64,000 nt of DNA from the IMG/VR virus record IMGVR_UViG_3300008259_004660, positions 1 through 64,000 of that record; one strand, written 5' to 3'. This DNA comes from a virus. Below the pieces are notes generated by a model. That model saw only the letters and a list, made by a program, of their open reading frames with translations. It was not told where the DNA came from and did no database searches. Below are positions 48,573 through 58,129 of the stretch, in pieces (position 1 is the stretch's first letter; the number at the start of each line of letters is the position of its first letter). The position numbers and the translations under genes are program-made.

Positions 48573-49438
48573 GTATCGAACATTCCATCAGGTCAGTAAA
48601 AATGCCAGATGAGCCACATCTACTCCGCAAAAAGTGGTGGGAGTTCTGTTGGTGGTGTGAAGAAAACAATCCATTCACTAAGTTTATATATGTAAATAGT
48701 GCCGAGGAATATATGAATATGCCTCGCAAAGATCGTACATATCTTTATTTTTGGTACAATCACGCCATTATCAATGGCGGAAAGCGAATACTTGGTAGCA
48801 AAGCTGACCGAGACGCTATTGATACATTTCTAAAGTATAAGTTTCCTATTCAATATTGGATTCGCGAGAACGGTTTCAAATTGAAAGTCAAATCATCTTT
48901 GATGTGGGACAAGGTACGTTGCGCAATCAACCCTCGCCAAAAATGGTTGATTAAACAGATTCCAAACGAATGGAACGATAAAGTTACACTTATCAAAGAT
49001 ATTAACTTTGCCATGATTGTTCATTTCATTGAAGGCGAGAAGTGTTTTGAAAATACTGATTATGAAGGCAGCAGTGAAGGTCATGCCAAGTTTGCCAAGG
49101 AACTTATAGAGTGCTATAACTACATAAAGAATGAAAGACCAAACTTGGACAACGCGATGATTGCGGCTGGAGGTAATGATAATACGAAACAGTGGAAAGC
49201 ACACTCTCTTGAGGAGTTTGTAGAAATTTTTGCTCAAAATGGAATTAGAGCGGTCCATATGCCAGAAAAACATATGGACGCGATTGAGATCATTTGGAAG
49301 GATCCAAGAAACAACAATATCCCACTTACCCCGCCAAATCAGCCATATAGTCCACCGAAAAAAAAGCAACTATTATGTGACTCAATGGACAAAGGTGAAA
49401 GTGATTGTGAGTTTGATGGTGATGATGTGGGTAGATAA
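48569..49438 (+). CDS. hypothetical protein
   Basis: long aromatic-rich ORF coupled to neighbours. Confidence 0.55.
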   Translation: MSIEHSIRSVKMPDEPHLLRKKWWEFCWWCEENNPFTKFIYVNSAEEYMNMPRKDRTYLYFWYNHAIINGGKRILGSKADRDAIDTFLKYKFPIQYWIRENGFKLKVKSSLMWDKVRCAINPRQKWLIKQIPNEWNDKVTLIKDINFAMIVHFIEGEKCFENTDYEGSSEGHAKFAKELIECYNYIKNERPNLDNAMIAAGGNDNTKQWKAHSLEEFVEIFAQNGIRAVHMPEKHMDAIEIIWKDPRNNNIPLTPPNQPYSPPKKKQLLCDSMDKGESDCEFDGDDVGR

Positions 49439-49813
49439 ATGAAACATATCATCCACATGGATGAAATTCATGTTAGCAGCTATGCTAACTTGGTTTTGCT
49501 CAATAAAACTTATGCTTCTATGGAGAGCAAGAGATGGAATAGAGCAAGGCGATTATTTTTGAGTGAACAAAGGAAAAAAGGTTCACTCAAGTGCTTTTAT
49601 TGCAAAAAAGATAATTTGAAATTAAGATCATTGGCAAGGAAAGACCAAGCCACCGTAGATCACTATGTACCTAAATCTGGTGGGGGAGATAAATTTAGCT
49701 CATCTAATTTTGTTGTATGTTGTCATAGTTGCAATCAAAGAAAAGGAAACATGACGCCGTATGAATTTTTGAACAGTTCTTACATTAAAAAGAAGACATT
49801 TGAAAAAATTTAG
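49439..49813 (+). CDS. HNH endonuclease
   Basis: CFYC, TVDHYVPKSGGG, N.V.CCHSCNQRKG. Confidence 0.85.
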   Translation: MKHIIHMDEIHVSSYANLVLLNKTYASMESKRWNRARRLFLSEQRKKGSLKCFYCKKDNLKLRSLARKDQATVDHYVPKSGGGDKFSSSNFVVCCHSCNQRKGNMTPYEFLNSSYIKKKTFEKI

Positions 49814-49825
49814 GTACCCCCACCT

Positions 49826-50698
49826 ATGAAAACTCTCGTGTTCTCAGACATACACCACAAGCATAAGACTGTCCAGAAAATAATTAATTCTGTAAAACAT
49901 GACAATGTGATATTGTTGGGTGACTACTTTGACGCATTTCATGATAGAGTAGAAGAGGCGATTGAAACTGCCGCATGGCTCAAGGAACATGTGCTACATA
50001 ATCCAAATATCGTAGCATTGATTGGAAATCACGATGCATCGTATATTTGGAAAGACAATCATTATCTACGTTGCAGTGGATATAGTGATGAAAAAAGTTC
50101 CGCTATCAACAATATACTGAATGACAGTGACATTTTAAAATTTAAGCCATACCATATTGAACACGGTTATGTGTTTAGTCACGCCGGATTATCAAATGCA
50201 TGGTGGAAAGTTTTTTCCGAGAAAAGCACACAAAATGAAAATGAAAACAAACTACAGTATTTTGATCGCGTAATGAAATATTACATCGACGTAGATATTG
50301 AAAAAGCCAAAAACAACAATGACGCACCACTATTTAATGCAGGATGGGATCGCGGCGGCATACAAAAAGATGGTGGAATTAATTGGGTAGATTGGGAAAA
50401 TTTTGCACCTATTAAGGGAGTAAATCAAATACTTGGTCATACCACTCATTTGTGTCCACAGATATGTATCCAGAAAGTTGGAGGCGGATTACAGAAAAAA
50501 GATATATCTGAATATTACATTACTGAATTGGATAAAAATGAAACTTATTTAAGTCTAAGTTATGGATTGGATACTTGTTTAAGACACTATGCTTTGATCG
50601 AGGACGGCGATATCAATATATTTCATATTGACACAAATACAAATCTCAAGGATGTAAGAAAAATATATTTACCAGACAATCCTATGAGTGGATTGTAA
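49826..50698 (+). CDS. calcineurin-like metallophosphoesterase
   Basis: SDIHH, LGDYFD, GNHD, SHAG, QILGHT. Confidence 0.9.
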   Translation: MKTLVFSDIHHKHKTVQKIINSVKHDNVILLGDYFDAFHDRVEEAIETAAWLKEHVLHNPNIVALIGNHDASYIWKDNHYLRCSGYSDEKSSAINNILNDSDILKFKPYHIEHGYVFSHAGLSNAWWKVFSEKSTQNENENKLQYFDRVMKYYIDVDIEKAKNNNDAPLFNAGWDRGGIQKDGGINWVDWENFAPIKGVNQILGHTTHLCPQICIQKVGGGLQKKDISEYYITELDKNETYLSLSYGLDTCLRHYALIEDGDINIFHIDTNTNLKDVRKIYLPDNPMSGL

Positions 50699-50702
50699 TT
50701 TT

Positions 50703-51338
50703 TTATTTTGAGCAATCGCTCAACTCTTTCAAACAAAGATCTATCACATTTTCAATTCCTGTAGGGAATCCTACTCCGTGTTTTTCATCGTCGTCAAGGT
50801 ATACAACGCAGTGTTTTTCATTTTCCATCCAAACCGCATATTTGTCGTGCCAAAGGTTCAAGTGAAGTTCCAGTTGATTTAACTGATCTGCCACACCTTC
50901 ACCAAATTTATCACGAATACATTTTACACTGTTGATTTTGAATTCTTTGTCCTCTTTCAACCACTTCAACATTTCCGTGTTAACAATTTTCATTGAGTTC
51001 ATTGTTGTACCACGAATGACAGAATGCATATCTCTCTCATGTTCATCCATCAATTCATAATGATCGCAAATAAATGATTGAAAACTTATTGATGTTGGTA
51101 AACTCATTTTGAGCCTTTCACTCATTGTTGAAACCAGTCTGCGAAGAAGTTTATTTTGCATTACAAATAAATTACCACTTTCAACGAGCAATCCTTTCAA
51201 CGTCTCCAATTTCTTTATACGATCCTTTTGAACTTGTCGCTTAGATTGAAAATAATCCCATCCATACTTGGCAAAAAAGCCAAAAATAGATGCTAAACCC
51301 GTACCAATCATTTCACTTATCCAAGATGCCATTGCCAT
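50703..51338 (-). CDS. membrane-anchored hypothetical protein
   Basis: lone reverse gene, N-terminal TM, ATACTTAT motif upstream. Confidence 0.6.
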   Translation of the reverse strand: MAMASWISEMIGTGLASIFGFFAKYGWDYFQSKRQVQKDRIKKLETLKGLLVESGNLFVMQNKLLRRLVSTMSERLKMSLPTSISFQSFICDHYELMDEHERDMHSVIRGTTMNSMKIVNTEMLKWLKEDKEFKINSVKCIRDKFGEGVADQLNQLELHLNLWHDKYAVWMENEKHCVVYLDDDEKHGVGFPTGIENVIDLCLKELSDCSK

Positions 51339-51406
51339 ATAGTATAAGTATCAAATATATGAGTGAAAAATCTTGACTTACACATAAAACGCGGCAAAAT
51401 TTAACT

Positions 51407-51817
51407 ATGAAAATGAAATCTAGATACAAAATCATTCCTCTTGAAAAGAAGAGTATTATCCAAATTACTACATACAAAACTGGGGACTCTACTCACATGA
51501 GTGAAGGAGATAAAATTGCAACCCGAGAGGATACATATCGTTGGGGATATGCTGTGGTAGAAGCAAATAAGAAAGATTTGCCCAAAGATGGTGAGATCAT
51601 TGTGTCCGACTATGAGTTGATTGAAAATGATTATCAAGATGGTGTCGCGGTATTTTGGGATTGTTCTGATAATGTAACTGAAGAAGAACTGGAAGTCATC
51701 GAAAACGCATATAATGAAGATGGTGATGATGGCTTGACCAAACTTGGTTGGCATTATTTTGACAGTGAAGATAAAATTCTTGGTCCATTTAAGATAGAAA
51801 AACAAAAACAAAAATAA
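51407..51817 (+). CDS. acidic hypothetical protein
   Basis: TTGACT promoter upstream. Confidence 0.55.
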   Translation: MKMKSRYKIIPLEKKSIIQITTYKTGDSTHMSEGDKIATREDTYRWGYAVVEANKKDLPKDGEIIVSDYELIENDYQDGVAVFWDCSDNVTEEELEVIENAYNEDGDDGLTKLGWHYFDSEDKILGPFKIEKQKQK

Positions 51818-51818
51818 T

Positions 51819-52214
51819 ATGAAAATACGAGTAATGTATGGTGAGTCATTCGTCACAATTTGTGGATATGAAGATTATATCGTAGATCTGGACAAGTTTC
51901 CAGAACTACAAGGCAAGAGCGAGGAAGAAATCACTGAATGGTTGTATAAGAATAGCGATAATCTTTATATCAATGATTCTTATGAAGATCCAAATCCTCG
52001 CGAAGAGATGGGTGGTGCATATGAAATTGTTCCCGAAGGAGAAGGCGAATATACTTTGGCTGATACTGTTGGAAACAATGGTGTCACTTGGGACAAGATC
52101 AAAAATGAAGAGCATTATTTCGTTTATGTAGGCGAAGAAGAGGAAGAAGCAGAGGAAACAGAAAGCGAAGAAGAAAATGGTGAAGAAGAGGGCGAGGAAA
52201 AAGAAAGTTCTTGA
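51819..52214 (+). CDS. acidic hypothetical protein
   Basis: poly-Glu tail. Confidence 0.55.
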   Translation: MKIRVMYGESFVTICGYEDYIVDLDKFPELQGKSEEEITEWLYKNSDNLYINDSYEDPNPREEMGGAYEIVPEGEGEYTLADTVGNNGVTWDKIKNEEHYFVYVGEEEEEAEETESEEENGEEEGEEKESS

Positions 52215-52247
52215 TTTTCTATAAACTTTGCTTAAAGTGTCTTCATT

Positions 52248-52457
52248 ATGGATGAAGTCACATATTACAACCTACACGCAAGTGCTGTTGGTGCTGGACA
52301 CGAAGCCAACAGAAACGCAAAAAAGTATGCTGAAGATTTGATGATCATTCATCTGCATCTTGAGCACAAGATGGGAGTGCGTGAACTTGCCAAGCGATTC
52401 AATCGCAAGATGGTCGAAATCAAGAATGTTATTCACCCAAGTGAAATCAACGCTTGA
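52248..52457 (+). CDS. hypothetical protein (possible HTH)
   Basis: MGVRELAKRFNRKMVEIKNVI. Confidence 0.5.
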   Translation: MDEVTYYNLHASAVGAGHEANRNAKKYAEDLMIIHLHLEHKMGVRELAKRFNRKMVEIKNVIHPSEINA

Positions 52458-52492
52458 CTTTTTATAATCCATCACTACTCTAAAGATCTATT

Positions 52493-52819
52493 ATGAAAGA
52501 TCCACTTCGTTACTTCATTGATGAAGGCTTTGGCTGCGTTTTCGCCTACCGTGTTGGTGAAAATGATTATGCTGGAGAAATCATCTTCAACAAACTCAAC
52601 ACCGATTTTGCTCCGTCGTACTTGAACTATGATGGCAAAAAAATTGTTTATTTTGGCTGTAAGAATCGTGATAAGAAGTATGTTGTTGATCGTGAATTCT
52701 TTGAGAAGTATGCGGTAATTTTTGATAACAGAGATGATGCCGTTGATGCTGTGATGAAATATGCCGCTGAATGCGATGAAATTGCCAAGTTTGTTGCTGA
52801 ATCCACGCATCTTGCTTGA
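52493..52819 (+). CDS. hypothetical protein
   Basis: own promoter at 52454. Confidence 0.55.
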   Translation: MKDPLRYFIDEGFGCVFAYRVGENDYAGEIIFNKLNTDFAPSYLNYDGKKIVYFGCKNRDKKYVVDREFFEKYAVIFDNRDDAVDAVMKYAAECDEIAKFVAESTHLA

Positions 52820-52850
52820 CTTTCTATAAAGTATCTATACTCTATACCGT

Positions 52851-53999
52851 ATGAAATATCTTCCTACTCTGTTCTCTCGCACTTCAACCGGAGCAGTCCA
52901 GCAATGGACCGTTCAGATTGATGGCGACAAGTTTCGCGTCGAGTCTGGACAGACCGATGGCAAGAAGGTTATCAGTGAATGGACTGTGTGCGAACCCAAG
53001 AATGTTGGGCGTGCCAATGCTACAACTGCTGAACAACAAGCTGACAGTGAAGCACAAAGCAAGTGGGACAAGAAGGTCAAACTTGGTTATACAACCGATG
53101 TAACCAAGATTGATACTTCCACATCGTTCATTGAGCCTATGCTTGCCAAGGACTTTGATGACTATCGTGCTAAGATGGATTGGAAGAGTGGCTTGATTGT
53201 TCAGAACAAGTATAACGGTGTTCGTTGCGTTGCTACATTTGATGGTGAGCGTGTTGTTCTAAAGAGTCGCAAGGGTGAGGAATGGATTAGCGTTCCTCAT
53301 ATCAACAAGGACTTGGAAAAGTTCTTTGAGCAATATCCCGATGCTGTGCTTGACGGTGAACTGTACAATTACGATCTGCGTCAGAAACTCAATGAACTGA
53401 CCAAACTTGTTCGCAAGACCAAGAATATCAGTGATGCTGATCTGAATAAGAGTGAAGATATGGTTCGCTACTACATCTATGATGGTTATGACTTTGGTAC
53501 TGCCACCGATGTCTGTGTGAAGTATAGTTCTCGCAAGGCTAAGATTGATGAACTGCTGCCAAAGTATAGCAAGTATTATCGCAAGGTAGATGATGCGGCT
53601 GTATATTCGCAGGAAGAACTTGATAAGATTTACAACAAGTATCTTGATGATGGTGAAGAAGGTGCGATTATTCGTGTTCCTTATGCTCCTTATGAACATA
53701 AGCGTAGCAAGACACTGCTCAAGTATAAGCCCGAAAACGATGATGAGGCTGTTATTGTTGATATCATTGAGGGAACTGGCAACTGGGCTGGAACTGCCAA
53801 GACCTGTACGCTGAAGTGGAATGGCAAGGAGTTTGATGCTACCTTCAAGGGTACATTTGAGCAGGGTGTTGACCGTCTCAAGAATAAGAATGATTGGGTT
53901 GGCAAGACTGTTACATTCCTTTATACAGGCTTGACTGGTCTTGGTGTTCCAAACTATGCTCGCATTGATCCAGACAATTGCTTCAAGGGAGATCGCTGA
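52851..53999 (+). CDS. lig: ATP-dependent DNA ligase with N-terminal WGR-like domain
   Basis: EPMLA, motif I KYNGVRC, LDGELY, IYD, EGAIIR, LLKYK, OB-fold C-terminus. Confidence 0.92.
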   Translation: MKYLPTLFSRTSTGAVQQWTVQIDGDKFRVESGQTDGKKVISEWTVCEPKNVGRANATTAEQQADSEAQSKWDKKVKLGYTTDVTKIDTSTSFIEPMLAKDFDDYRAKMDWKSGLIVQNKYNGVRCVATFDGERVVLKSRKGEEWISVPHINKDLEKFFEQYPDAVLDGELYNYDLRQKLNELTKLVRKTKNISDADLNKSEDMVRYYIYDGYDFGTATDVCVKYSSRKAKIDELLPKYSKYYRKVDDAAVYSQEELDKIYNKYLDDGEEGAIIRVPYAPYEHKRSKTLLKYKPENDDEAVIVDIIEGTGNWAGTAKTCTLKWNGKEFDATFKGTFEQGVDRLKNKNDWVGKTVTFLYTGLTGLGVPNYARIDPDNCFKGDR

Positions 54000-54039
54000 T
54001 GCTTGACATTCTATAATCTTCTGCTATTCTATAACCATT

Positions 54040-54678
54040 ATGAGTAAAACTCCAAGAACAGATGAACAAGCAGGGGCGTTAATAGACGCCGAAGAAGTAG
54101 TTCCGGCAGATTTTGCTCGTGAGCTTGAGATTGAGCTAAATGAACAAGTATTGCTCAATGGCAAGGGTAGTGAGCGTGAATATTCTCTGCTTGGAAAGAT
54201 TGAGCGACTTGAGCGTGAAAACTCCGCACTAACACAAAAAAATTCAGAATGGGAATCAGAGCGACTACAGTTTGCTAACCGCTCAAAAAAATTGCACAGA
54301 CTGGAAGAAGAGAATACTGAGTTAAAAGCAGCAATCAAAGATATGCTTCACGCTGCCGACGATCTTGGAATATATCCCGCCGCCACTATTCAACCTGATG
54401 GTACAGAAGTAAAAAGAACACCGCAACAAGAAGGTTATAACGAAGCAGTTATGACACTTGGATCAGCATTGGATCTTATTGCTGCTAAATATAAGATTGA
54501 AGTAGATGAAAATCGCGAAGATCCTTGGTGTTGGTCAAAACCGTTGGCAAATCTGCAAAATCTTATTGAGCAACTTAAGCGTGAGAAGTTGGAACTGTTG
54601 AGCAATAATCAAACTGAAGAATATATCTGCGTGGACAGAGAACACGGTCTGTGGAAACGAAAGGACAAAACTTTATGA
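54040..54678 (+). CDS. coiled-coil hypothetical protein
   Basis: TPRTD...VPADFARELE phage pattern. Confidence 0.55.
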   Translation: MSKTPRTDEQAGALIDAEEVVPADFARELEIELNEQVLLNGKGSEREYSLLGKIERLERENSALTQKNSEWESERLQFANRSKKLHRLEEENTELKAAIKDMLHAADDLGIYPAATIQPDGTEVKRTPQQEGYNEAVMTLGSALDLIAAKYKIEVDENREDPWCWSKPLANLQNLIEQLKREKLELLSNNQTEEYICVDREHGLWKRKDKTL

Positions 54679-54956
54679 AAGCATACTTTGTATTCTTTTT
54701 ACCAAAAGGCATTCCTGCTCACCCGATTGCAATTTATTTTGACAAGAAGAAAGCATACGAGCATATGAAGACTGCCAACAGAGAATATGTTCAGTTGCGT
54801 CTTTGTGATTGGAAAGATGGAATATTACCTTGTTGGTCAGAAACAAGTTTTGTTGACGTTCCTGTGCCAAAGCCTAAGAAAAAGAAGTTGACAACTGAAC
54901 CTGTTTTGAGTAAGGTTTCAGAAAATGAAAGCAACAATAGAATTCCAGTTACCTGA
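54675..54956 (+). CDS. hypothetical protein
   Basis: ATGA-coupled ORF. Confidence 0.5.
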   Translation: MKAYFVFFLPKGIPAHPIAIYFDKKKAYEHMKTANREYVQLRLCDWKDGILPCWSETSFVDVPVPKPKKKKLTTEPVLSKVSENESNNRIPVT

Positions 54957-55137
54957 AGATAGGCACGAACATCTACGAGCCATTTACGCCACCGAGGCTT
55001 GGTCTGTATTGTATGATATTGACAATACACTTCGTAATGTATTGAAACACGGCGATTACAGATACAAGACTGTAGAGGATCTTGCTACCGCCATTCGAGA
55101 ACAAGCAAGAATCGCGTTGGACAAGATTGATGAATAA
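54925..55137 (+). CDS. hypothetical protein
   Basis: MKATIEFQLPED..EH phage pattern. Confidence 0.6.
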   Translation: MKATIEFQLPEDRHEHLRAIYATEAWSVLYDIDNTLRNVLKHGDYRYKTVEDLATAIREQARIALDKIDE

Positions 55138-55512
55138 ATGAAAAGAAAAAAGAAACCACAAATTTCTGAACAAGATGCCAATCTATTGTCTTGCTTCATT
55201 GACACTCCAAGTGAGCTTGTGTTTTGGAGTTTCAGATACTTTATTGGTCGCATGACCATTGCCACTTGCTGCTTTGCTGATGGTTTGGCGAAAGGTTGGG
55301 TACATCTTAATCCTCGTATTCAAGAACTTATCAAACGTGAACTTGAAAGAGAGTTTGAGCGTGATGACGAAGCAAGAAAAGACAGAGTTGAAAATCCAGA
55401 AAGCATATTCAAATATTCTCTTCCACTTGGTCACGACTGTGATCGTGAAGCTTGGCAGAAAGTAAGAGATGCCTACACACATGAAGAAAAAAATAAAGAG
55501 TTTCAGAGTTAG
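55138..55512 (+). CDS. hypothetical protein
   Basis: SFRYFIGRMTIA...GHDCD...W phage pattern. Confidence 0.6.
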   Translation: MKRKKKPQISEQDANLLSCFIDTPSELVFWSFRYFIGRMTIATCCFADGLAKGWVHLNPRIQELIKRELEREFERDDEARKDRVENPESIFKYSLPLGHDCDREAWQKVRDAYTHEEKNKEFQS

Positions 55513-55807
55513 CAGGAAATATCTAACTAGCGTTGATGATACACGGACGATAACATTATTTTATCCATCTGGCCAAAAGGTGGAAGGAACGGCGGTTGGC
55601 ACAAAAGATCATCCCAAATTTACAGAGTTCAGAAACAAACTAGAGAAACTTGGTTATATTCAAACAGAAAGAAATTGGATAAATGGAGACAGAGTGTTGA
55701 AGTCATTCATATTAAATGGAATGAAACTAAAAAAGGGTGACAAGTTTGTATGTGCTTGTGCTCTTGAAATTCAAATCAGGGTTTATAAAAATTATGAAAA
55801 AAAGTAA
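55481..55807 (+). CDS. hypothetical protein
   Basis: ORF. Confidence 0.5.
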   Translation: MKKKIKSFRVSRKYLTSVDDTRTITLFYPSGQKVEGTAVGTKDHPKFTEFRNKLEKLGYIQTERNWINGDRVLKSFILNGMKLKKGDKFVCACALEIQIRVYKNYEKK

Positions 55808-55982
55808 AATATTAGCAATACTTGGAACGGTGATTGGATTAATTATTATAATCATAGGGTTTTTTATGAAAAATACTTGGCAAGTTTGTGCTGGAACATA
55901 TATGATTCTATGGGTGTATGAAGTATATCAAAACCATAAACTCATGCAGCATCTAACAAGTATGCTTGCTAGCAAATCTTAG
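55791..55982 (+). CDS. small membrane protein
   Basis: two hydrophobic helices. Confidence 0.5.
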   Translation: MMKKSKILAILGTVIGLIIIIIGFFMKNTWQVCAGTYMILWVYEVYQNHKLMQHLTSMLASKS

Positions 55983-56029
55983 TAAATATAAAAAGTTTTA
56001 TATTATATCTCCATATATTTATATAATAT

Positions 56030-56215
56030 ATGGAAAATACTAAATATCCTATCACATTTTTAGATTATACAATAATAGTTCCGATGCCCGGTATAATAAT
56101 GTTTGACGAGGAAATAAATCCCGATGCACTCTGTGTAAGAGATGGCGATACATTTAAAGTTGTTATAGATGAAGGTAGGATAAGATTTGTAGGTGTCAGC
56201 AGAAAGCCGCAATAA
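56030..56215 (+). CDS. hypothetical protein
   Basis: ATATTTAT motif upstream. Confidence 0.45.
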   Translation: MENTKYPITFLDYTIIVPMPGIIMFDEEINPDALCVRDGDTFKVVIDEGRIRFVGVSRKPQ

Positions 56216-56321
56216 ATCAAAAATAAAAGGTTCTAAAATTGAAGTTGATAGTTTGTGGTAACAAAATATTTAACAAGAACTGCTTGACACAAACACACTT
56301 CCAAAGTAATATACTTGGAAT

Positions 56322-56573
56322 ATGATTCAAATAATGGCGATTTATTTTGCTACACTGATCGTGGCGTGTGCGGTAAATTTTCAATATCGCAATGCTATCA
56401 AAGGTGACTATTTTGCCATAGCACTTACATCATGCTTGATTGGGTCGCTCAATTTGTTTATGCTCAAAACAATTCCACATGTAACTCAATTTGGAGAGGG
56501 GCTTGCTTATATTCTTGGTGGAGCATGTGGTGCAATCGGAGCAAATTATTTACACAAAAGATTTTTCAAATGA
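56322..56573 (+). CDS. small multi-TM protein
   Basis: three hydrophobic helices, GGACG..G. Confidence 0.55.
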   Translation: MIQIMAIYFATLIVACAVNFQYRNAIKGDYFAIALTSCLIGSLNLFMLKTIPHVTQFGEGLAYILGGACGAIGANYLHKRFFK

Positions 56574-57247
56574 CAAAACTAGTAGCAATTTCAGATACAC
56601 ATGGAAGCCATTGGAATGTGAAAGTTCCAGACGGTGATATTCTTGTACATGCTGGTGACTTTTGTTCTCATGGAAGTATGCCAGATGCATTGGACTTTTT
56701 GAAATGGTTCAACGTACATCCTCATAAGCACAAGATTATGATCGCGGGAAATCATGATTGGATTTGTGAGAGAGATCCAAATCTGTTTACACTCTTGTTG
56801 AACAATTTTCCAGACATAAAATACTTGGAAGATAACGCCTGTAAAATTGGGAATTTAAAGTTTTATGGCTCACCACAAACTCCTCGCTTTTTCAATTGGG
56901 CGTTCAATCGTGATCGTGGTGAAGACATCAAACAATATTGGGACGTTATACCAGATGATACTGATGTATTAATCACTCACGGTCCTCCACATGGCATTTG
57001 CGATGAAGCATACCGTGTTGGATTTAATACCACAGAGCATACTGGATGCAAGGATTTGCTTGACGCTACACTACGTATTGCTCCCAAGCTACATCTTTTT
57101 GGTCACATTCACTATTCTGGTCAAACATCTTATGTTGCTCCAAAAACAACATATGCCAATGTATCTATGCTCAACGAAGCATATTTGGTTTGGGGTAAAC
57201 CAATGATATTTGATATTGACAACAACAAAAATGTGAGCATAATCTAA
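56570..57247 (+). CDS. metallophosphoesterase (MPPED/239FB-like)
   Basis: SDTHG, HAGDF, AGNHD, LITHGPP, FGHIH. Confidence 0.9.
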   Translation: MTKLVAISDTHGSHWNVKVPDGDILVHAGDFCSHGSMPDALDFLKWFNVHPHKHKIMIAGNHDWICERDPNLFTLLLNNFPDIKYLEDNACKIGNLKFYGSPQTPRFFNWAFNRDRGEDIKQYWDVIPDDTDVLITHGPPHGICDEAYRVGFNTTEHTGCKDLLDATLRIAPKLHLFGHIHYSGQTSYVAPKTTYANVSMLNEAYLVWGKPMIFDIDNNKNVSII

Positions 57248-57255
57248 AAAAGTAT

Positions 57256-57573
57256 ATGAAAAAATCTTCACTATCTGTGTTTGGTCTAACGTGTGGTATT
57301 ATTGCAACTGTGATGAGTGGAATATTATTTCCACTTGCGTTGATAACAAATTCATCAGCGGGTATTATATTTTTGGGATTCGTTGCTATATTCATCACTT
57401 TCATAGGTATGGTTGGAATTATTACTTCTACGATAAAACTTCTTATCACTGGAAATGAAATCGTGGTGGATCAGGAAAATAGAATTATAGCAAAACGAGG
57501 ACTTTGGTTTTCTCTAGTTCCTACTATCTTTTGGATTTTTACCTTTATCATGATCATTGGATCTATCAAATAA
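57256..57573 (+). CDS. three-TM membrane protein
   Basis: hydrophobic helices. Confidence 0.55.
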   Translation: MKKSSLSVFGLTCGIIATVMSGILFPLALITNSSAGIIFLGFVAIFITFIGMVGIITSTIKLLITGNEIVVDQENRIIAKRGLWFSLVPTIFWIFTFIMIIGSIK

Positions 57574-57582
57574 TAAAATAAT

Positions 57583-58128
57583 ATGAGTACACTAAGAGAA
57601 CTTACATCAGAGAATCACAAAAGAGCAGAAAACACATTGTTTATGCGCTTGTTTATGTCTAGAGGTCTTACAGAAGAAGAGTATATGGAATATATCACTC
57701 AACTATCTGTAATCTATACAGCACTTGAGTTTGCAGCTGAAAAGGTTGGCATTCTACAAGAACTTCAAGGTATTGAACGAGCAGCAAAAGTTCGTGCTGA
57801 TGTGGCTGAACTTAACAAGAAGCTTGGCAAACAGTCCCAACTCAATTGGGAAACGATGGCGTATTACAACCAAATCATACGAATGACTGACAAGAAAGAA
57901 ATTCTCGCTCATTTTTATGTTCGTTATGCTGGAGATATGTTTGGCGGTCAAATGCTCAAGTCTATTTCTCATGGTAGCGGAACAATGTATGAATTTGGAG
58001 ATAATCTTCCTGTTCTTCGCCAGAAAATGCGTGAACTTGCTACACCAGACTTGGCAGAGTATGCGAATGATGCATACAGTAAGAATATTCAAATATTAAA
58101 CGATATTATGAAGGTAAATAGTTTCTGA
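57583..58128 (+). CDS. hemO: heme oxygenase
   Basis: LRELTSENHKRAE (proximal His), AHFYVRYAGDMFGGQ (distal helix). Confidence 0.9.
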   Translation: MSTLRELTSENHKRAENTLFMRLFMSRGLTEEEYMEYITQLSVIYTALEFAAEKVGILQELQGIERAAKVRADVAELNKKLGKQSQLNWETMAYYNQIIRMTDKKEILAHFYVRYAGDMFGGQMLKSISHGSGTMYEFGDNLPVLRQKMRELATPDLAEYANDAYSKNIQILNDIMKVNSF

Positions 58129-58129
58129 T

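Noticed and set aside
38852-53999. Inteins or introns in helicase, ligases or ThyX
   Set aside because: Motif spacing and lengths are normal; no intein termini or split ORFs
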